This document shows positions 20,368 through 30,522 of a stretch of DNA of 64,000 nt, piece after piece. The stretch is from IMG/VR virus record IMGVR_UViG_3300031908_000001, positions 1-64,000 of that record, one strand, 5' to 3'. Source of the stretch: a virus (taxonomy: Duplodnaviria; Caudoviricetes). Within the stretch, counting starts at the first letter, position 1, and the number at the start of each line of letters is the position of its first letter. A program made the translations under genes and the position numbers. The notes under the pieces are model-generated. The model saw only the letters and a list, made by a program, of their open reading frames with translations. It was not told where the DNA came from and did no database searches.

Positions 20368-20613
20368 TTATTTTTTAACCTCTTTTAATATTTCTTTAAT
20401 ATCTTTTCTTATCTCTGTTAGATCTTCTCTAACATTCTTTCTATCATCCCTCACCTCTCTTTTTATTTCCTCAATTCTCATTTCATGAGAAGATAATTGT
20501 GATTGAGCTACTGCAATTGCAGAGGTTATTGTGCTATAAGTGACAAAAATAGCCACTATTCCTCCAGCTATTTTGCAAATTATATCAAAGTTGTCTTTAA
20601 TTTTTTTAAACAC
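20368..20613 (-). CDS. putative holin/lysis accessory protein (TM + coiled coil)
   Basis: One TM helix followed by a charged coiled coil, immediately downstream of the endolysin. Confidence 0.5.
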   Translation of the reverse strand: MFKKIKDNFDIICKIAGGIVAIFVTYSTITSAIAVAQSQLSSHEMRIEEIKREVRDDRKNVREDLTEIRKDIKEILKEVKK

Positions 20614-20622
20614 TGTATTAAA

Positions 20623-21186
20623 TTATTTAATTGTTGCGTATGTATTCATTAATTTCAAATCATATTTGTTGACTTTATATGATTCGCCATTATAAAGTTT
20701 CGCAAATTTGGCCCAATCTAAAGTTTTAAGAGCTATGAACATGGATGAATTTGATTTTATTAAATTCATCATTCCCTTTAATTGATCAAATTCACTATTT
20801 GAAAAAGATTCAACCATTTCTTCTACTGTCTTATATCCCGCAGCTAGGTGATTAGATCCCATGATTTGGCCAAGACCCCAACTAGCTGACTTTAATGCTG
20901 CCGATTTGTTTAAAGATTTTGCCTTTTCAATTCTTAACCATTCTCCTTCCGGCCCCTTATATAAATTCTTATTCCATTTTAAACTGGAAATATCTGGATG
21001 GGTTTTATCATATATATGATTTGTTAATTTTGAAAAATGATGAGCCTCAAATAGAATTTTAACTTTGCCAGATGGCAAAAATCCGGTCCCCTGCGCTTCT
21101 ACTAAGAGAACTGTTTTAACTTGCTTAAACGTTAAACTAAAATTCAATGCTATTTGCTCTATATCTATATCTTGAATCTTTTTCAT
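20623..21186 (-). CDS. endolysin, N-acetylmuramidase (DUF3380-like)
   Basis: VEAQGTGF, KILFEAHHF, SASWGLGQIMGSNH, WAKFAKLYNG..Y..N.YD.KL. Confidence 0.88.
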   Translation of the reverse strand: MKKIQDIDIEQIALNFSLTFKQVKTVLLVEAQGTGFLPSGKVKILFEAHHFSKLTNHIYDKTHPDISSLKWNKNLYKGPEGEWLRIEKAKSLNKSAALKSASWGLGQIMGSNHLAAGYKTVEEMVESFSNSEFDQLKGMMNLIKSNSSMFIALKTLDWAKFAKLYNGESYKVNKYDLKLMNTYATIK

Positions 21187-21191
21187 TAAAA

Positions 21192-21199
21192 CAAATATA
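21192..21199 (-). promoter_or_regulatory. Bacteroidota-type -7 promoter box (TATATTTG) for the endolysin
   Basis: Exact TAnnTTTG on the minus strand, 5 nt before the ATG. Confidence 0.55.
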
Positions 21200-21243
21200 G
21201 CTATTTTTTAAGTAACTTAATAAAAATTTAAAAAATTGTTTGT

Positions 21244-21274
21244 TTAATTAGGAGCCAGAAGAGCTCCTAATTAA
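21244..21274 (-). terminator. intrinsic terminator-like hairpin
   Basis: TTAATTAGGAGC-N7-GCTCCTAATTAA, 12-bp stem downstream of the hydrolase gene. Confidence 0.6.
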
Positions 21275-21285
21275 TTACTTAATAT

Positions 21286-22086
21286 TTATATTTTCTTTGT
21301 ATATATATTTCCCCCGCTTCTTATCTCCAATAATTTACTTAATAGAGATTGAGCCTTAATTATAGTATCCCTACAATTCTCTATTTGCAAATCTAATGCA
21401 GTAGTGACATTAATGTACTGAGGACCTAGTTTACTTTGAGAAAACAACCATTCGTAATTAAGTTCTGTACCATAAGCTCTATCCCAACTATTATGCGAGG
21501 TTCCTGTTCCTATATCTGTTTTGAGATTAGCTTCAACTTGCTGAAGTGCTGTTATTGTTCCTTGCAATACTGCTGGATTGTCTCCTTCGTTTGAAACTAA
21601 TAAAGCTGGAAATCCTTTTAAATCTTTTCTAAAAGGCATAAAAGCTGATTGAATAGCCACCGCCCATGCTGCAGTAATTAATTCTGGATAATAAAAAGCG
21701 GAGTGTATGACCGCATTAGATCCTGAGCTTAATCCTGTTGCATAAATTCTATTTAAATCAGCATTTGGCAAAGATCTAATATAATTTAAAACTGGCTTTA
21801 CTTCGTTAGCCTCTAAATTCGCTCTATCAAATGCATAAAAGCCTGAATAGTGTTGGGGGCAAATTACGATAGCCTTCAACTCTTTTTGACCCGCTTTAAG
21901 CAACTTAGGCAATGCAATGTTACACACTTTATCTAAGCTTCCAATTGTCCCATCTCCTTTTTCACTTACTCCATGAAAAAACAAGATAATGGGCAATTTT
22001 TCAATTCCATTATAACCATTTGGTACAAATTTTATGTACCCCAAACTCAAGCCAGTAGTTCCTTTTGGATGATATGTTATTTCCAT
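21286..22086 (-). CDS. alpha/beta hydrolase (esterase/peptidase-like)
   Basis: IILFFHGVSEKG oxyanion region, IVICPQ, nucleophile elbow ATGLSSG, candidate Asp in EGD and His in SHNSW. Confidence 0.8.
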   Translation of the reverse strand: MEITYHPKGTTGLSLGYIKFVPNGYNGIEKLPIILFFHGVSEKGDGTIGSLDKVCNIALPKLLKAGQKELKAIVICPQHYSGFYAFDRANLEANEVKPVLNYIRSLPNADLNRIYATGLSSGSNAVIHSAFYYPELITAAWAVAIQSAFMPFRKDLKGFPALLVSNEGDNPAVLQGTITALQQVEANLKTDIGTGTSHNSWDRAYGTELNYEWLFSQSKLGPQYINVTTALDLQIENCRDTIIKAQSLLSKLLEIRSGGNIYTKKI

Positions 22087-22100
22087 AGCTATTTATTAAT

Positions 22101-22283
22101 TTATTTATTTTTCCATCTTCTAAAAACGCCATAAGACCATACTAATGCTGCCCACAATATTGTCAACTTTACTACCAATTTATTTCCATTCAATTCAGCT
22201 ATTGTTCCAATTATACCTGGAATTACTAGCCAAAGTGTTATCCATATATAAATATTACCAAATAATGTATTTAAAAATTTCAT
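22101..22283 (-). CDS. small membrane protein
   Basis: Two TM segments and a basic C-terminus. Confidence 0.55.
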   Translation of the reverse strand: MKFLNTLFGNIYIWITLWLVIPGIIGTIAELNGNKLVVKLTILWAALVWSYGVFRRWKNK

Positions 22284-22680
22284 AAGTTATTAAAATTAAA
22301 AGTGAAAATATAAATAATATGACTCTTGTTTTAAAATTAAAATTCCATTCTGCTGTTGATGTTGTAGAATCACTCCAATACCCCCTATAAGCATTATCTA
22401 TTTTATTTCTGGATTCATAATATGAACTATTGTGAAAAAATGGAAATGAAATCAAATAACAGATCTCGCACAATATTAAATCTAAAGGAATTAAAAACTT
22501 TAACCACCAGCCCAAAGCTATTAAAACTATTAAAATTGAAATTGAAGCTCTTTCTCCATAAAATATTTTATGTTCATCTATCTTAAAAGAATCCGCCCCC
22601 TTTCTCCCCCATAAAACTCCATCTTTTATTCCTGAGAATACTGAATACATTGATCTTATTAAATAAATTAATATTGACAT
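22255..22680 (-). CDS. membrane protein
   Basis: Several hydrophobic helices. Confidence 0.55.
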   Translation of the reverse strand: MSILIYLIRSMYSVFSGIKDGVLWGRKGADSFKIDEHKIFYGERASISILIVLIALGWWLKFLIPLDLILCEICYLISFPFFHNSSYYESRNKIDNAYRGYWSDSTTSTAEWNFNFKTRVILFIFSLLILITYEIFKYIIW

Positions 22681-22683
22681 AAT

Positions 22684-23415
22684 TTAATTAAATGTTTCAT
22701 AAGTTGGCACACCTGTTAATGTTAGAGTTCTTGAATTTCCAGAAAAATCATTTCCATTTCCTTCAAATTTATACCCAAAAATATGTGTTAATGAATCTAA
22801 GTTATTTGACCCCTTCCCATTATTCCAGTGATCTTTTACTTGTTGTGTTGTTATGTAGCTACTAATAAACCTCATCTCTCCCATCACACCAGGAGCATAT
22901 CTGCCAGCAGAAAGTCTATCTGATCCTACATAAGCTAAGTTAGAGAATGTTGAAGGCTTATCTACCATTGAAGAAACAGTAGCACCACCAACAGACACAC
23001 CATTAGCATAAATTGCAAATTCTGTATTGCCTGATATCTGTCGATAGGTTATTATATAGCAATTAATTGCAGTATTTCTTACAAACTCACCACTGTCCCT
23101 AGAAGCCCCTAAAAGTTGAGTACCAGCAGAATTGTAATAAAAAAATTGTATTGCCGCTTGCTGATTTGAAGATGTGTTTAATTTAATTGACATCCCAATT
23201 AAATTAGATAGTGCATTATCGGTACTAGAAACAAGTAATCCGACGTTTGGAGAAGTATTGAAAACTTTAATGTCAAATCTCTCCCAGCAAACAATAGTTC
23301 CAGATGTTGGAATTACTACTCCATTTATATTTGTAATGGTTCCATATTGAATAGTTGAAGCACGATTCAATATTATACCTTGCCCAAAATCATATTTATT
23401 GCTTGCTCCCTTCAT
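22684..23415 (-). CDS. LamG/concanavalin-like virion adhesin (paralogue 3)
   Basis: IIITY-like strand, IYANG, YVG, GVMGEMRF, YKFEGNGNDFSGNSRTLT. Confidence 0.72.
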   Translation of the reverse strand: MKGASNKYDFGQGIILNRASTIQYGTITNINGVVIPTSGTIVCWERFDIKVFNTSPNVGLLVSSTDNALSNLIGMSIKLNTSSNQQAAIQFFYYNSAGTQLLGASRDSGEFVRNTAINCYIITYRQISGNTEFAIYANGVSVGGATVSSMVDKPSTFSNLAYVGSDRLSAGRYAPGVMGEMRFISSYITTQQVKDHWNNGKGSNNLDSLTHIFGYKFEGNGNDFSGNSRTLTLTGVPTYETFN

Positions 23416-24117
23416 TTAATTGAATGTTTCATAAGTTGGTGAATTTTGTAGTGTTAAATGCCTACTATTGCCACTACTGTCGTCTCCATTTCCATTAAAT
23501 TGATACCAAAACGAACATGTTAATGAAGAAGCTGCCAATATATCTAAATTATTACTACCTTTTGCATTATTAAAATTTTCTTTTATCTGAGCATCTGTGA
23601 TTGTTAAGTTGATTAACTTCATGTCTCCAAAAACACCCCTAGATTCCCATCCAGATGTCAAACCATCTCTACCAACTTCGCTTACATTGTAAAAATTATT
23701 TGGAAAATCAGACACACTCTTTGCTGCACTATCTATTAGCACACCATCAAAATAATATCTTGCTGTAGTGCCATCATAAGTTATTCCAAGTTGATGTATT
23801 GCTGTATTGACTCCGCCTGGAATAATTAACGTATATCCTGGATTGGTTGTTGCAAAGCTGATTGAAGATTGTATAGAGCTCACAAAAGAATGTTGTACTC
23901 TAACATAAGGAGTGGAAGAGTTCGTGTCTCTTGAAGTAAAAAATCCTCCTAATGGAGATTTGTGAGGAAGAACAAATCTAAACCAACAAATAAAACTAAA
24001 TGCAGTTTTGGGGAATGTAGCTCCAGCAATATTTGTAATTATTCCATATTGATTAGTTCCATTCCAAATAATTCCTTGCCCAAAATCATATTTTGCTAAA
24101 GGTAGTCCTACTCCCAT
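23416..24117 (-). CDS. LamG/concanavalin-like virion adhesin (paralogue 2)
   Basis: FSFICWFR, HQLGITYDGTTARYYFDG, YQFNGNGDDSSGNSRHLT. Confidence 0.75.
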   Translation of the reverse strand: MGVGLPLAKYDFGQGIIWNGTNQYGIITNIAGATFPKTAFSFICWFRFVLPHKSPLGGFFTSRDTNSSTPYVRVQHSFVSSIQSSISFATTNPGYTLIIPGGVNTAIHQLGITYDGTTARYYFDGVLIDSAAKSVSDFPNNFYNVSEVGRDGLTSGWESRGVFGDMKLINLTITDAQIKENFNNAKGSNNLDILAASSLTCSFWYQFNGNGDDSSGNSRHLTLQNSPTYETFN

Positions 24118-24120
24118 AAT

Positions 24121-24897
24121 CTAAAATCCTGTTAATATTAAATTTCTAGTACTTGACTTTGATGCAAGCAATGTTGTAGTTCCTAAAGTTTCGCCTGTAT
24201 ATAATTCAACAAAATTAGCATCAGAATATAGTGAAAGTCCTTTTACACTTATGGATGGATTTGATAAATATTGACCATGTAAAGAAATCGCTTCTGCGTT
24301 GGATAGCTTTCTACTCATAAATGATAATTCTCTTAATGTAAAATCTCCAAAATTGGCACTAGTTGAAGTAGATCCTATATAAAGTCTATCTAATCCCAAT
24401 TCAGTTGGTCCATTAATCACATTTGTTAATGTTCCAGATGTAGTTGTTGCAGCACTACCATTTATGATTATACTGGTCCCAGAAGAATCAGTTGCAAGAG
24501 ACACTACATAAAATCCTACCTCTAGTATTGTCGGAGCTACAAATCCTGTAACTGTTACAGTTCCTCCATTTGACGTGCTTAATAATGTGAAAACTTCAGA
24601 TGTAAGTCCAGCAGTTACATTTCCAAAATATATTCCATGAACACTTGATCTTAATAAGTTTGAAAATTCTAAAATTGTCTTAGCTATTGAAGAGGCTCCA
24701 ACTATTCTAGTACTAGGAATAATTATAAAGGTAATTGTTGAATTAGTAGAAATAAATCCACTAATATCAAATCCAGCAACAGCATTGACTCCATTCGCTT
24801 TTTGAGATGTTCCATTGAATATAATTGGCCATGTTTTTATCATGGGTAACTTTACCCCTCTATTTTTCTTAGCTATATTTCCAAGTAAAAACGTCAT
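24121..24897 (-). CDS. LamG-like virion protein (paralogue 1, more divergent)
   Basis: IIFNGTSQ, IIING, LYIG, RELSFMSRKLSNAE. Confidence 0.6.
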   Translation of the reverse strand: MTFLLGNIAKKNRGVKLPMIKTWPIIFNGTSQKANGVNAVAGFDISGFISTNSTITFIIIPSTRIVGASSIAKTILEFSNLLRSSVHGIYFGNVTAGLTSEVFTLLSTSNGGTVTVTGFVAPTILEVGFYVVSLATDSSGTSIIINGSAATTTSGTLTNVINGPTELGLDRLYIGSTSTSANFGDFTLRELSFMSRKLSNAEAISLHGQYLSNPSISVKGLSLYSDANFVELYTGETLGTTTLLASKSSTRNLILTGF

Positions 24898-24898
24898 A

Positions 24899-25306
24899 TT
24901 ATTCGTTAAATCTTCCTCTTTGATCTGCTACTTGAACTGATTGGACTATTAATCCTATTACTACATTAAGGGGCGGTATTCCATCGTATGTCTCTGATAC
25001 CTTTGCAATTGTAGCAGTAAATTCACCAATTCCAACACTTAAATCTCCTCTCCCTAATAGATCTCCAGTTTCTGGATTAAGTCTATCTAAGTCTGAAGCT
25101 GCAAATGTCTTTCTGAAAGATGGATATTCTGGTGAGAATGGTATTTGATCTCCATATTCTCCCGATTCGTTCTTATATCTAAAGATTTCCACCTCTATTT
25201 GTAGAGACTCGTCTCCATCTTCTAATTGAAGTGTAAACTTTCTTACTTTTACTTTTCTTTTAATCCCACTTACTTGGGAGTCACTTATATCTACTAATAT
25301 TTCCAT
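24899..25306 (-). CDS. hypothetical protein, possible tail fibre chaperone
   Basis: 135 aa, downstream of the fibre gene. Confidence 0.5.
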   Translation of the reverse strand: MEILVDISDSQVSGIKRKVKVRKFTLQLEDGDESLQIEVEIFRYKNESGEYGDQIPFSPEYPSFRKTFAASDLDRLNPETGDLLGRGDLSVGIGEFTATIAKVSETYDGIPPLNVVIGLIVQSVQVADQRGRFNE

Positions 25307-25311
25307 TTAAT

Positions 25312-25707
25312 TTAATTATAATATCCAAAAATATGTACATCAACCACCATAGTTGTAGCAGTTGCTATTCCAGTTACTTTACAATAAATACTAGTATTAG
25401 CTGAAACCGCATCTATGACTCCAATTATATCTGCTTTAATATATTTATCTACTGAAATTAATCCAGTTAATAATGTTGCAGGAATTATATTATCATAACT
25501 AGTTGAATTTGTTCCAATAGAAATAGTAGGAACCAAAGTAATTACAGACCCAGAAGATACTTTAAAAATGACAAATAGTGGATGAAATTTTTGAGTTCCA
25601 TTTTCAGTAATTGTAATTAAAGTATCTGCTAAGACCTTAGCATCTACACCGACCTTACTTATTCTTGTTAAATGATTTGAATATGCCATATTTAAAGTAT
25701 AAACCAT
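25312..25707 (-). CDS. hypothetical virion protein
   Basis: Beta-rich, T/S/I-rich, follows the tail fibre. Confidence 0.5.
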   Translation of the reverse strand: MVYTLNMAYSNHLTRISKVGVDAKVLADTLITITENGTQKFHPLFVIFKVSSGSVITLVPTISIGTNSTSYDNIIPATLLTGLISVDKYIKADIIGVIDAVSANTSIYCKVTGIATATTMVVDVHIFGYYN

Positions 25708-28700
25708 TTTGAAATACCATCACTATACAAATCTCTTGATCCATAATTGGTATTTATTAAGGCACTTGTAGCTCCATCTATTGTATCAGATCCAGCCCTT
25801 GCTATTGTTATATTATTTGTTCCAGCTGTGCCGTATTCATCTTTTATTGAAAAGGCAAATCCTTCTCTAACTGCGTTGGCTGCTGGCAATGTAATTGTTC
25901 TAACTGCGGTTGTATCAGTAACTGCCACAATTCCATTTTGCATAACTTCATTTACCACTACTGTATAATCTATAGCAGTTGCTTTTCTTTTTCTAACTAC
26001 CACAGATCTGGATTGGATGATCCAATTTGCCCCATCAGATATCAATACAAGTAAAGCATACTGAGTAAATAGAGAATCTGTCGTTACTCCATTTATTGTC
26101 TGAGAACTTGTGGTTGCTATTGATATTACTCCAGTTCCAACATTTGCTATCATATATTGCCTACCACTTATTCCAACTGCTGTTGGTAGAGTTACTGTAT
26201 ATGTTCCAGTTGCAAGTATTATACAATCAGTAGCATCTAATGTTCTTAATGCTGAAATACTTCTTAAGAATTTGGCAAAAGATCCACCTGACTGCAATGT
26301 GCTATGCGCTGAACCTGTACCAAATATTGCAAGGCCAGTATTTGATATATTAAATGTTTGAACTGATCCTGTGGTTCTAAATGTTACGGCTCCAGTCAAT
26401 CTTGCTCCAGTAGATTGTAATATAAGTCTTTCGTTCGCTGTTCCATTTACAAAAAAAGCAACATCATTAGCATCTAATGTTCCAAAACTTATTGCTGCAC
26501 CATAAGTATTGCCACCTTGTTTGAATCTAAGATCAAGTTCTGATCTCAATAATCCAACACTAGGAATATCTGTGGTTGAATAACTTAATGTCTGAACTAT
26601 TTGGCCATCTCTTGTAATCCAATAAATATTAGATCCAAATCTATAGAAAGTAAGAAAATATTCATCCCCAATAGCTCCCGCCGGTAATATTAATGCTGAA
26701 ATAGTTGTTTCAGAATCTTTATGAGTTAATCCTGCTCCACCCAATGAAACTGTCACGGCACTTGCAGTATTCTTTGTTAATTTTGCAATACCAGTTATTC
26801 CAGAATTGGATATATTTAAAGCAAAATCTGCTGAAATGGAAGATATATCTATAGTGTCAATTGCTTTTTGTACTCCTGATTGCAAAAAGTCCCATGTTGC
26901 AATATTAGAAGATATTGCAACAGTTGCAGTTTCGTAATCAAATCCTATATTTTGTCTTCCTGTCTGGATATTATTTAATTCACTTAAATTACCTAAAGAA
27001 TCCAATAATGTAACAGTAACACCATTAACTCTTGCCTTAAGTTTAAATCCTTCTATCCACACTTGACCCTCAGATGGAGTTGAATTTGTAAAAGCACTTA
27101 ATACAATGCCCTTTGTAAAAGTTGTAAATTCTGAAAATATCCATCCAGTTGTTGCCGATATTGTTCTTGTTGTTGAATTAAAGTTGTCAATAAAATACTT
27201 GACCTTATTAAACGCCTGTAGAATTGTATCAGTAGCCGCTAATGTGCCTGATGCTGCTGCCAATCCTGTCAAAACTGATGCTATTGCTCTTGCAGCAGTA
27301 AAATATAAATTTGTTGCCCCCTCTGTTATTTGGTCTGAATTATGAGTATGATTTCCTGGAGCGGCTTCATTAGCACCTGACCCAAGAGTAACTACCAATC
27401 CATTTGAAGTTTCAGTAATCAAACCCTCTGCCGAAGTTAAGCTAGCTGATTTTAATTTAACTTTTATTCCTGATCCACTTTTAGAAAGTGAATTTCCATC
27501 TATTTCAAGAGTAATTGTTGTTCCAGAAATCTCTATTCCTTGTCCATCTGTATTATATATTGCTGATCCGAATCCAGTCCAAACAATATTTGAAACACCA
27601 ATAGTAATTGTATCTGTTGTTTGCTGAAAAAGTCCATCTGCATTTACTGTACCCTCTTGAACCAATATTGCTGCTGCATACAATTCTGAGGGGGTGTCAG
27701 AATCTAATGATCTTGTCCATGAACCCGCTGCAACTATATAAATACCATTTTGGGTAGCATCAGTTTGATCCTTTACTAAACATCTCTCTCCAGCTATTAA
27801 AGCTATTCCATCTATAGTTTGAGCTCCAGACAATGTAATATTTGCAACAGTTGCTGCTTTTGCTGGCTGCTTCCATCTTAATCCATTAAGTGCATTAAGA
27901 ACATAATTTACTGTGGTGAATGGATTAGATGAGCTCGGAGCAAAACTACCATCTCCAACTAAAGCCTCTTTTTCTGATGTTGTTGGAAATCTTGAATCAT
28001 TGCCTAATGCTGCTTGATTTGCTGATGTTCCACCTTGCAAAAATATGCCATCAATATCTTCACTTAGTGCTATTTTATCGGTACTTAAACCAGTTGTTTT
28101 TCTTCTTAGAGAGAAAGAAAATGAGGGTGCAGAATCAGTATAAGCAGCAGCTATAGAATTCGTATCTGCTAAAGCATTTCCAACTGCATCCTGAGCCATT
28201 TCATCTGTATAAGTGCCTCCTCCTCCGCCACCGCCTCCAGTGTTTGTGATAGTTATATCTATTTTTTCATTCACAGAATCATCTGTGATTGACATACTTA
28301 TTCCATCTCCCTGAATAAAATTTATGCCGCGTCTTGTTCCCTTTAAAAGTCCTTCTAGTAAAACCCTTATTCTGGCATTTGCATTTAAATTGCCGGTTAA
28401 TTCATCGGAACCACCAGCTTCATGGCTTGCTTTATGAGCTATAGCGACTCTTGCATTTGTTAATGATGGATCATTATAAGTTACATAAGGATTAGAAGCT
28501 CCTGGAGTCCCAGAAGTTCCTGCTAATGCAGCTTTTTGATCTAAACTAGGAAATCTTGGATCTGTAGTACTGGCTTTAGCAGTAATTAATGCTAAAATAT
28601 CGGTATAGAAATTTGCATTATTGTTAATAGCTGAAGCTATTTTCTCAAGCGTATTTAATGCTGTTGGGACGGAACCTTTTAAATTATTTATCTGTCCAGC

Positions 28701-28925
28701 TATATAATTAATAAGATCGGTTTGAGATCCGATTGTTCCGGCTATTAACCCCCATGTTGCTGCCCCTGATGCTGGTGCAAGTGTAGTCCATGTTGCAGTA
28801 TTTACATCATAATATTTATGAACAAATTGACCTGGGTTTGTATCATACCAAAGTATTGCAGTATTTACTGGAGCTGTATTGCTAGGAAAGATTGCCTGTA
28901 TTAAACCTAAATTGATTACTGACAT
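25692..28925 (-). CDS. long tail fibre protein
   Basis: 1077 aa, A/T/G/S-rich; fibre module WKQPAKAATVANITLSGAQTIDG...LVKDQTDATQNGIY; poly-Gly hinge; two C-terminal T.TLP.A...TI(N/D)G repeats. Confidence 0.85.
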   Translation of the reverse strand: MSVINLGLIQAIFPSNTAPVNTAILWYDTNPGQFVHKYYDVNTATWTTLAPASGAATWGLIAGTIGSQTDLINYIAGQINNLKGSVPTALNTLEKIASAINNNANFYTDILALITAKASTTDPRFPSLDQKAALAGTSGTPGASNPYVTYNDPSLTNARVAIAHKASHEAGGSDELTGNLNANARIRVLLEGLLKGTRRGINFIQGDGISMSITDDSVNEKIDITITNTGGGGGGGGTYTDEMAQDAVGNALADTNSIAAAYTDSAPSFSFSLRRKTTGLSTDKIALSEDIDGIFLQGGTSANQAALGNDSRFPTTSEKEALVGDGSFAPSSSNPFTTVNYVLNALNGLRWKQPAKAATVANITLSGAQTIDGIALIAGERCLVKDQTDATQNGIYIVAAGSWTRSLDSDTPSELYAAAILVQEGTVNADGLFQQTTDTITIGVSNIVWTGFGSAIYNTDGQGIEISGTTITLEIDGNSLSKSGSGIKVKLKSASLTSAEGLITETSNGLVVTLGSGANEAAPGNHTHNSDQITEGATNLYFTAARAIASVLTGLAAASGTLAATDTILQAFNKVKYFIDNFNSTTRTISATTGWIFSEFTTFTKGIVLSAFTNSTPSEGQVWIEGFKLKARVNGVTVTLLDSLGNLSELNNIQTGRQNIGFDYETATVAISSNIATWDFLQSGVQKAIDTIDISSISADFALNISNSGITGIAKLTKNTASAVTVSLGGAGLTHKDSETTISALILPAGAIGDEYFLTFYRFGSNIYWITRDGQIVQTLSYSTTDIPSVGLLRSELDLRFKQGGNTYGAAISFGTLDANDVAFFVNGTANERLILQSTGARLTGAVTFRTTGSVQTFNISNTGLAIFGTGSAHSTLQSGGSFAKFLRSISALRTLDATDCIILATGTYTVTLPTAVGISGRQYMIANVGTGVISIATTSSQTINGVTTDSLFTQYALLVLISDGANWIIQSRSVVVRKRKATAIDYTVVVNEVMQNGIVAVTDTTAVRTITLPAANAVREGFAFSIKDEYGTAGTNNITIARAGSDTIDGATSALINTNYGSRDLYSDGISKWFIL

Positions 28926-29227
28926 TATAATTTATTATATTCTAATTCGCCCATACTATTTATAGAATACTGAGCTGCATCTGCGGCATCAATACTTATT
29001 GTTCCATCTTCATTTAAAAAGAAATTAATCTGAGATGGATGATTTTTTAATACAAATACCAGATCTCCTTCTGCATATCCAACACCATTTAAATCAGATG
29101 CAATGTCGGCTAAAAACATATCAAGCGTATTTGGAAGCTCATCAGCAAAATAATAAGTAAAAATTGATATACTGGCTCCGTTTACTGTTGCCTGAGTTTT
29201 TGTACTTAATAATCTTTGCTCGGCCAT
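28925..29227 (-). CDS. hypothetical baseplate/fibre-associated protein
   Basis: 100 aa, coupled between baseplate J and the fibre. Confidence 0.55.
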   Translation of the reverse strand: MAEQRLLSTKTQATVNGASISIFTYYFADELPNTLDMFLADIASDLNGVGYAEGDLVFVLKNHPSQINFFLNEDGTISIDAADAAQYSINSMGELEYNKL

Positions 29228-30429
29228 TATATTGAACTTATTACAGTGCTTATAAAATTTTCATTCGCCTCATTAGGAAAGAAAAAAGGATTTAGTGTCC
29301 CAGAAATATTTACTATAATATTTCCATCCAAGTCTCTCATTATAAAACTTCTCAGTCTAGGCAATTTTGTTTTGCTAATAATCACATCATTGTTAGGAAA
29401 GAAATAATTATCTGGAACATATCTCATTCCCCTAGATGTTTTTGCGATTTGCAACAAATTATCCCACTCCACCTTCATATTTGCCTCCCAAAATCTATAA
29501 TCAATATATTTATTTGATCTTATTTGAACATCTTTTCTTACATCGTCTGGATTGAATGATGGGCCTATATCAGCTCTAAAATCTATATCAATTGGTTGCC
29601 ACTCTATGTTAACTAACTTAATTCCAAAAGTTGTTGTTCCAAATGCCCTTAAATCACTTAATGAAAGAAATTTTTCAGCCTTGTTAGAAATATCATCTAA
29701 TTCTGAACCGGAAAGATTTATTCCATTCTGAGTACATATTGCTATAACTGGCTGTCCCTGGGAGTTTATTCCATGATAGAAAAGCCTCAATACATTATTA
29801 TTTATTTTAATAAAGATTTGTTCTAATTGAGCCAGGGTTCCAGTGGCCAGAATATTAGCACCCTCTTTTATTCTTTTTCTAAATACATCATCTTGCTCTT
29901 CATTTCTTCCGCCGGAAGGCATCACATCATTTATTACATACTGATGACCAGATGGGATGGGATTTACTTTATTTATTGATAGAGGATCAACATTTGTTTT
30001 CTCTCCACTATCAATGCTTCTAACTTTTGCAAATATGTATCCTGTTACTCCAACTTCAATATCTTCATCTAGTTCAAATATCAATCCCTGATTACCAGAA
30101 AATGTATGAGTATTTTTTAAATACTGTGTTCCTGAATCTGCAGCTATTCTTAAATAAGTTGAGCTTTGAGAAGCTCCGAATCTTGGTGAAATTCCATAAT
30201 TTGAAGCTAATTCATCTAATTGAGAGCCAAAAGCGTCATCTGGAAACAGTTTAGAAAGAGATAATGCAATATCTTTTAATGCCTTTTGACCAATTGCACT
30301 TATGCCATATGCTATTCCACCAACTACCGAATCATCAGCAATTTTAGAAACAGCGTCTGTATTGTTTAGAAGTGTCTCAAGAAAAATTTCTTTCAGCTCT
30401 GATTTAGTGGTTATCTTTGTTTTCAACAA
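29227..30429 (-). CDS. baseplate J-like wedge protein
   Basis: PDDAFGSQLDELASNYGISPR, GEKTNV, GGRNEEQDDVFRKRI. Confidence 0.85.
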   Translation of the reverse strand: MLKTKITTKSELKEIFLETLLNNTDAVSKIADDSVVGGIAYGISAIGQKALKDIALSLSKLFPDDAFGSQLDELASNYGISPRFGASQSSTYLRIAADSGTQYLKNTHTFSGNQGLIFELDEDIEVGVTGYIFAKVRSIDSGEKTNVDPLSINKVNPIPSGHQYVINDVMPSGGRNEEQDDVFRKRIKEGANILATGTLAQLEQIFIKINNNVLRLFYHGINSQGQPVIAICTQNGINLSGSELDDISNKAEKFLSLSDLRAFGTTTFGIKLVNIEWQPIDIDFRADIGPSFNPDDVRKDVQIRSNKYIDYRFWEANMKVEWDNLLQIAKTSRGMRYVPDNYFFPNNDVIISKTKLPRLRSFIMRDLDGNIIVNISGTLNPFFFPNEANENFISTVISSI

Positions 30430-30522
30430 ATTATCATTAGCATATTTACAATCTTTTTAAAAATAACTATTCGTAATTGTAAATATAATAAAAATTTAAT
30501 TCATTTTTTAACAAAAACAAAC

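Noticed and set aside
22684-28925. Diversity-generating retroelement or invertible shufflon acting on fibre genes
   Set aside because: No reverse transcriptase or recombinase in the window, no adenine-specific TR/VR pair, and the shared blocks are direct rather than inverted
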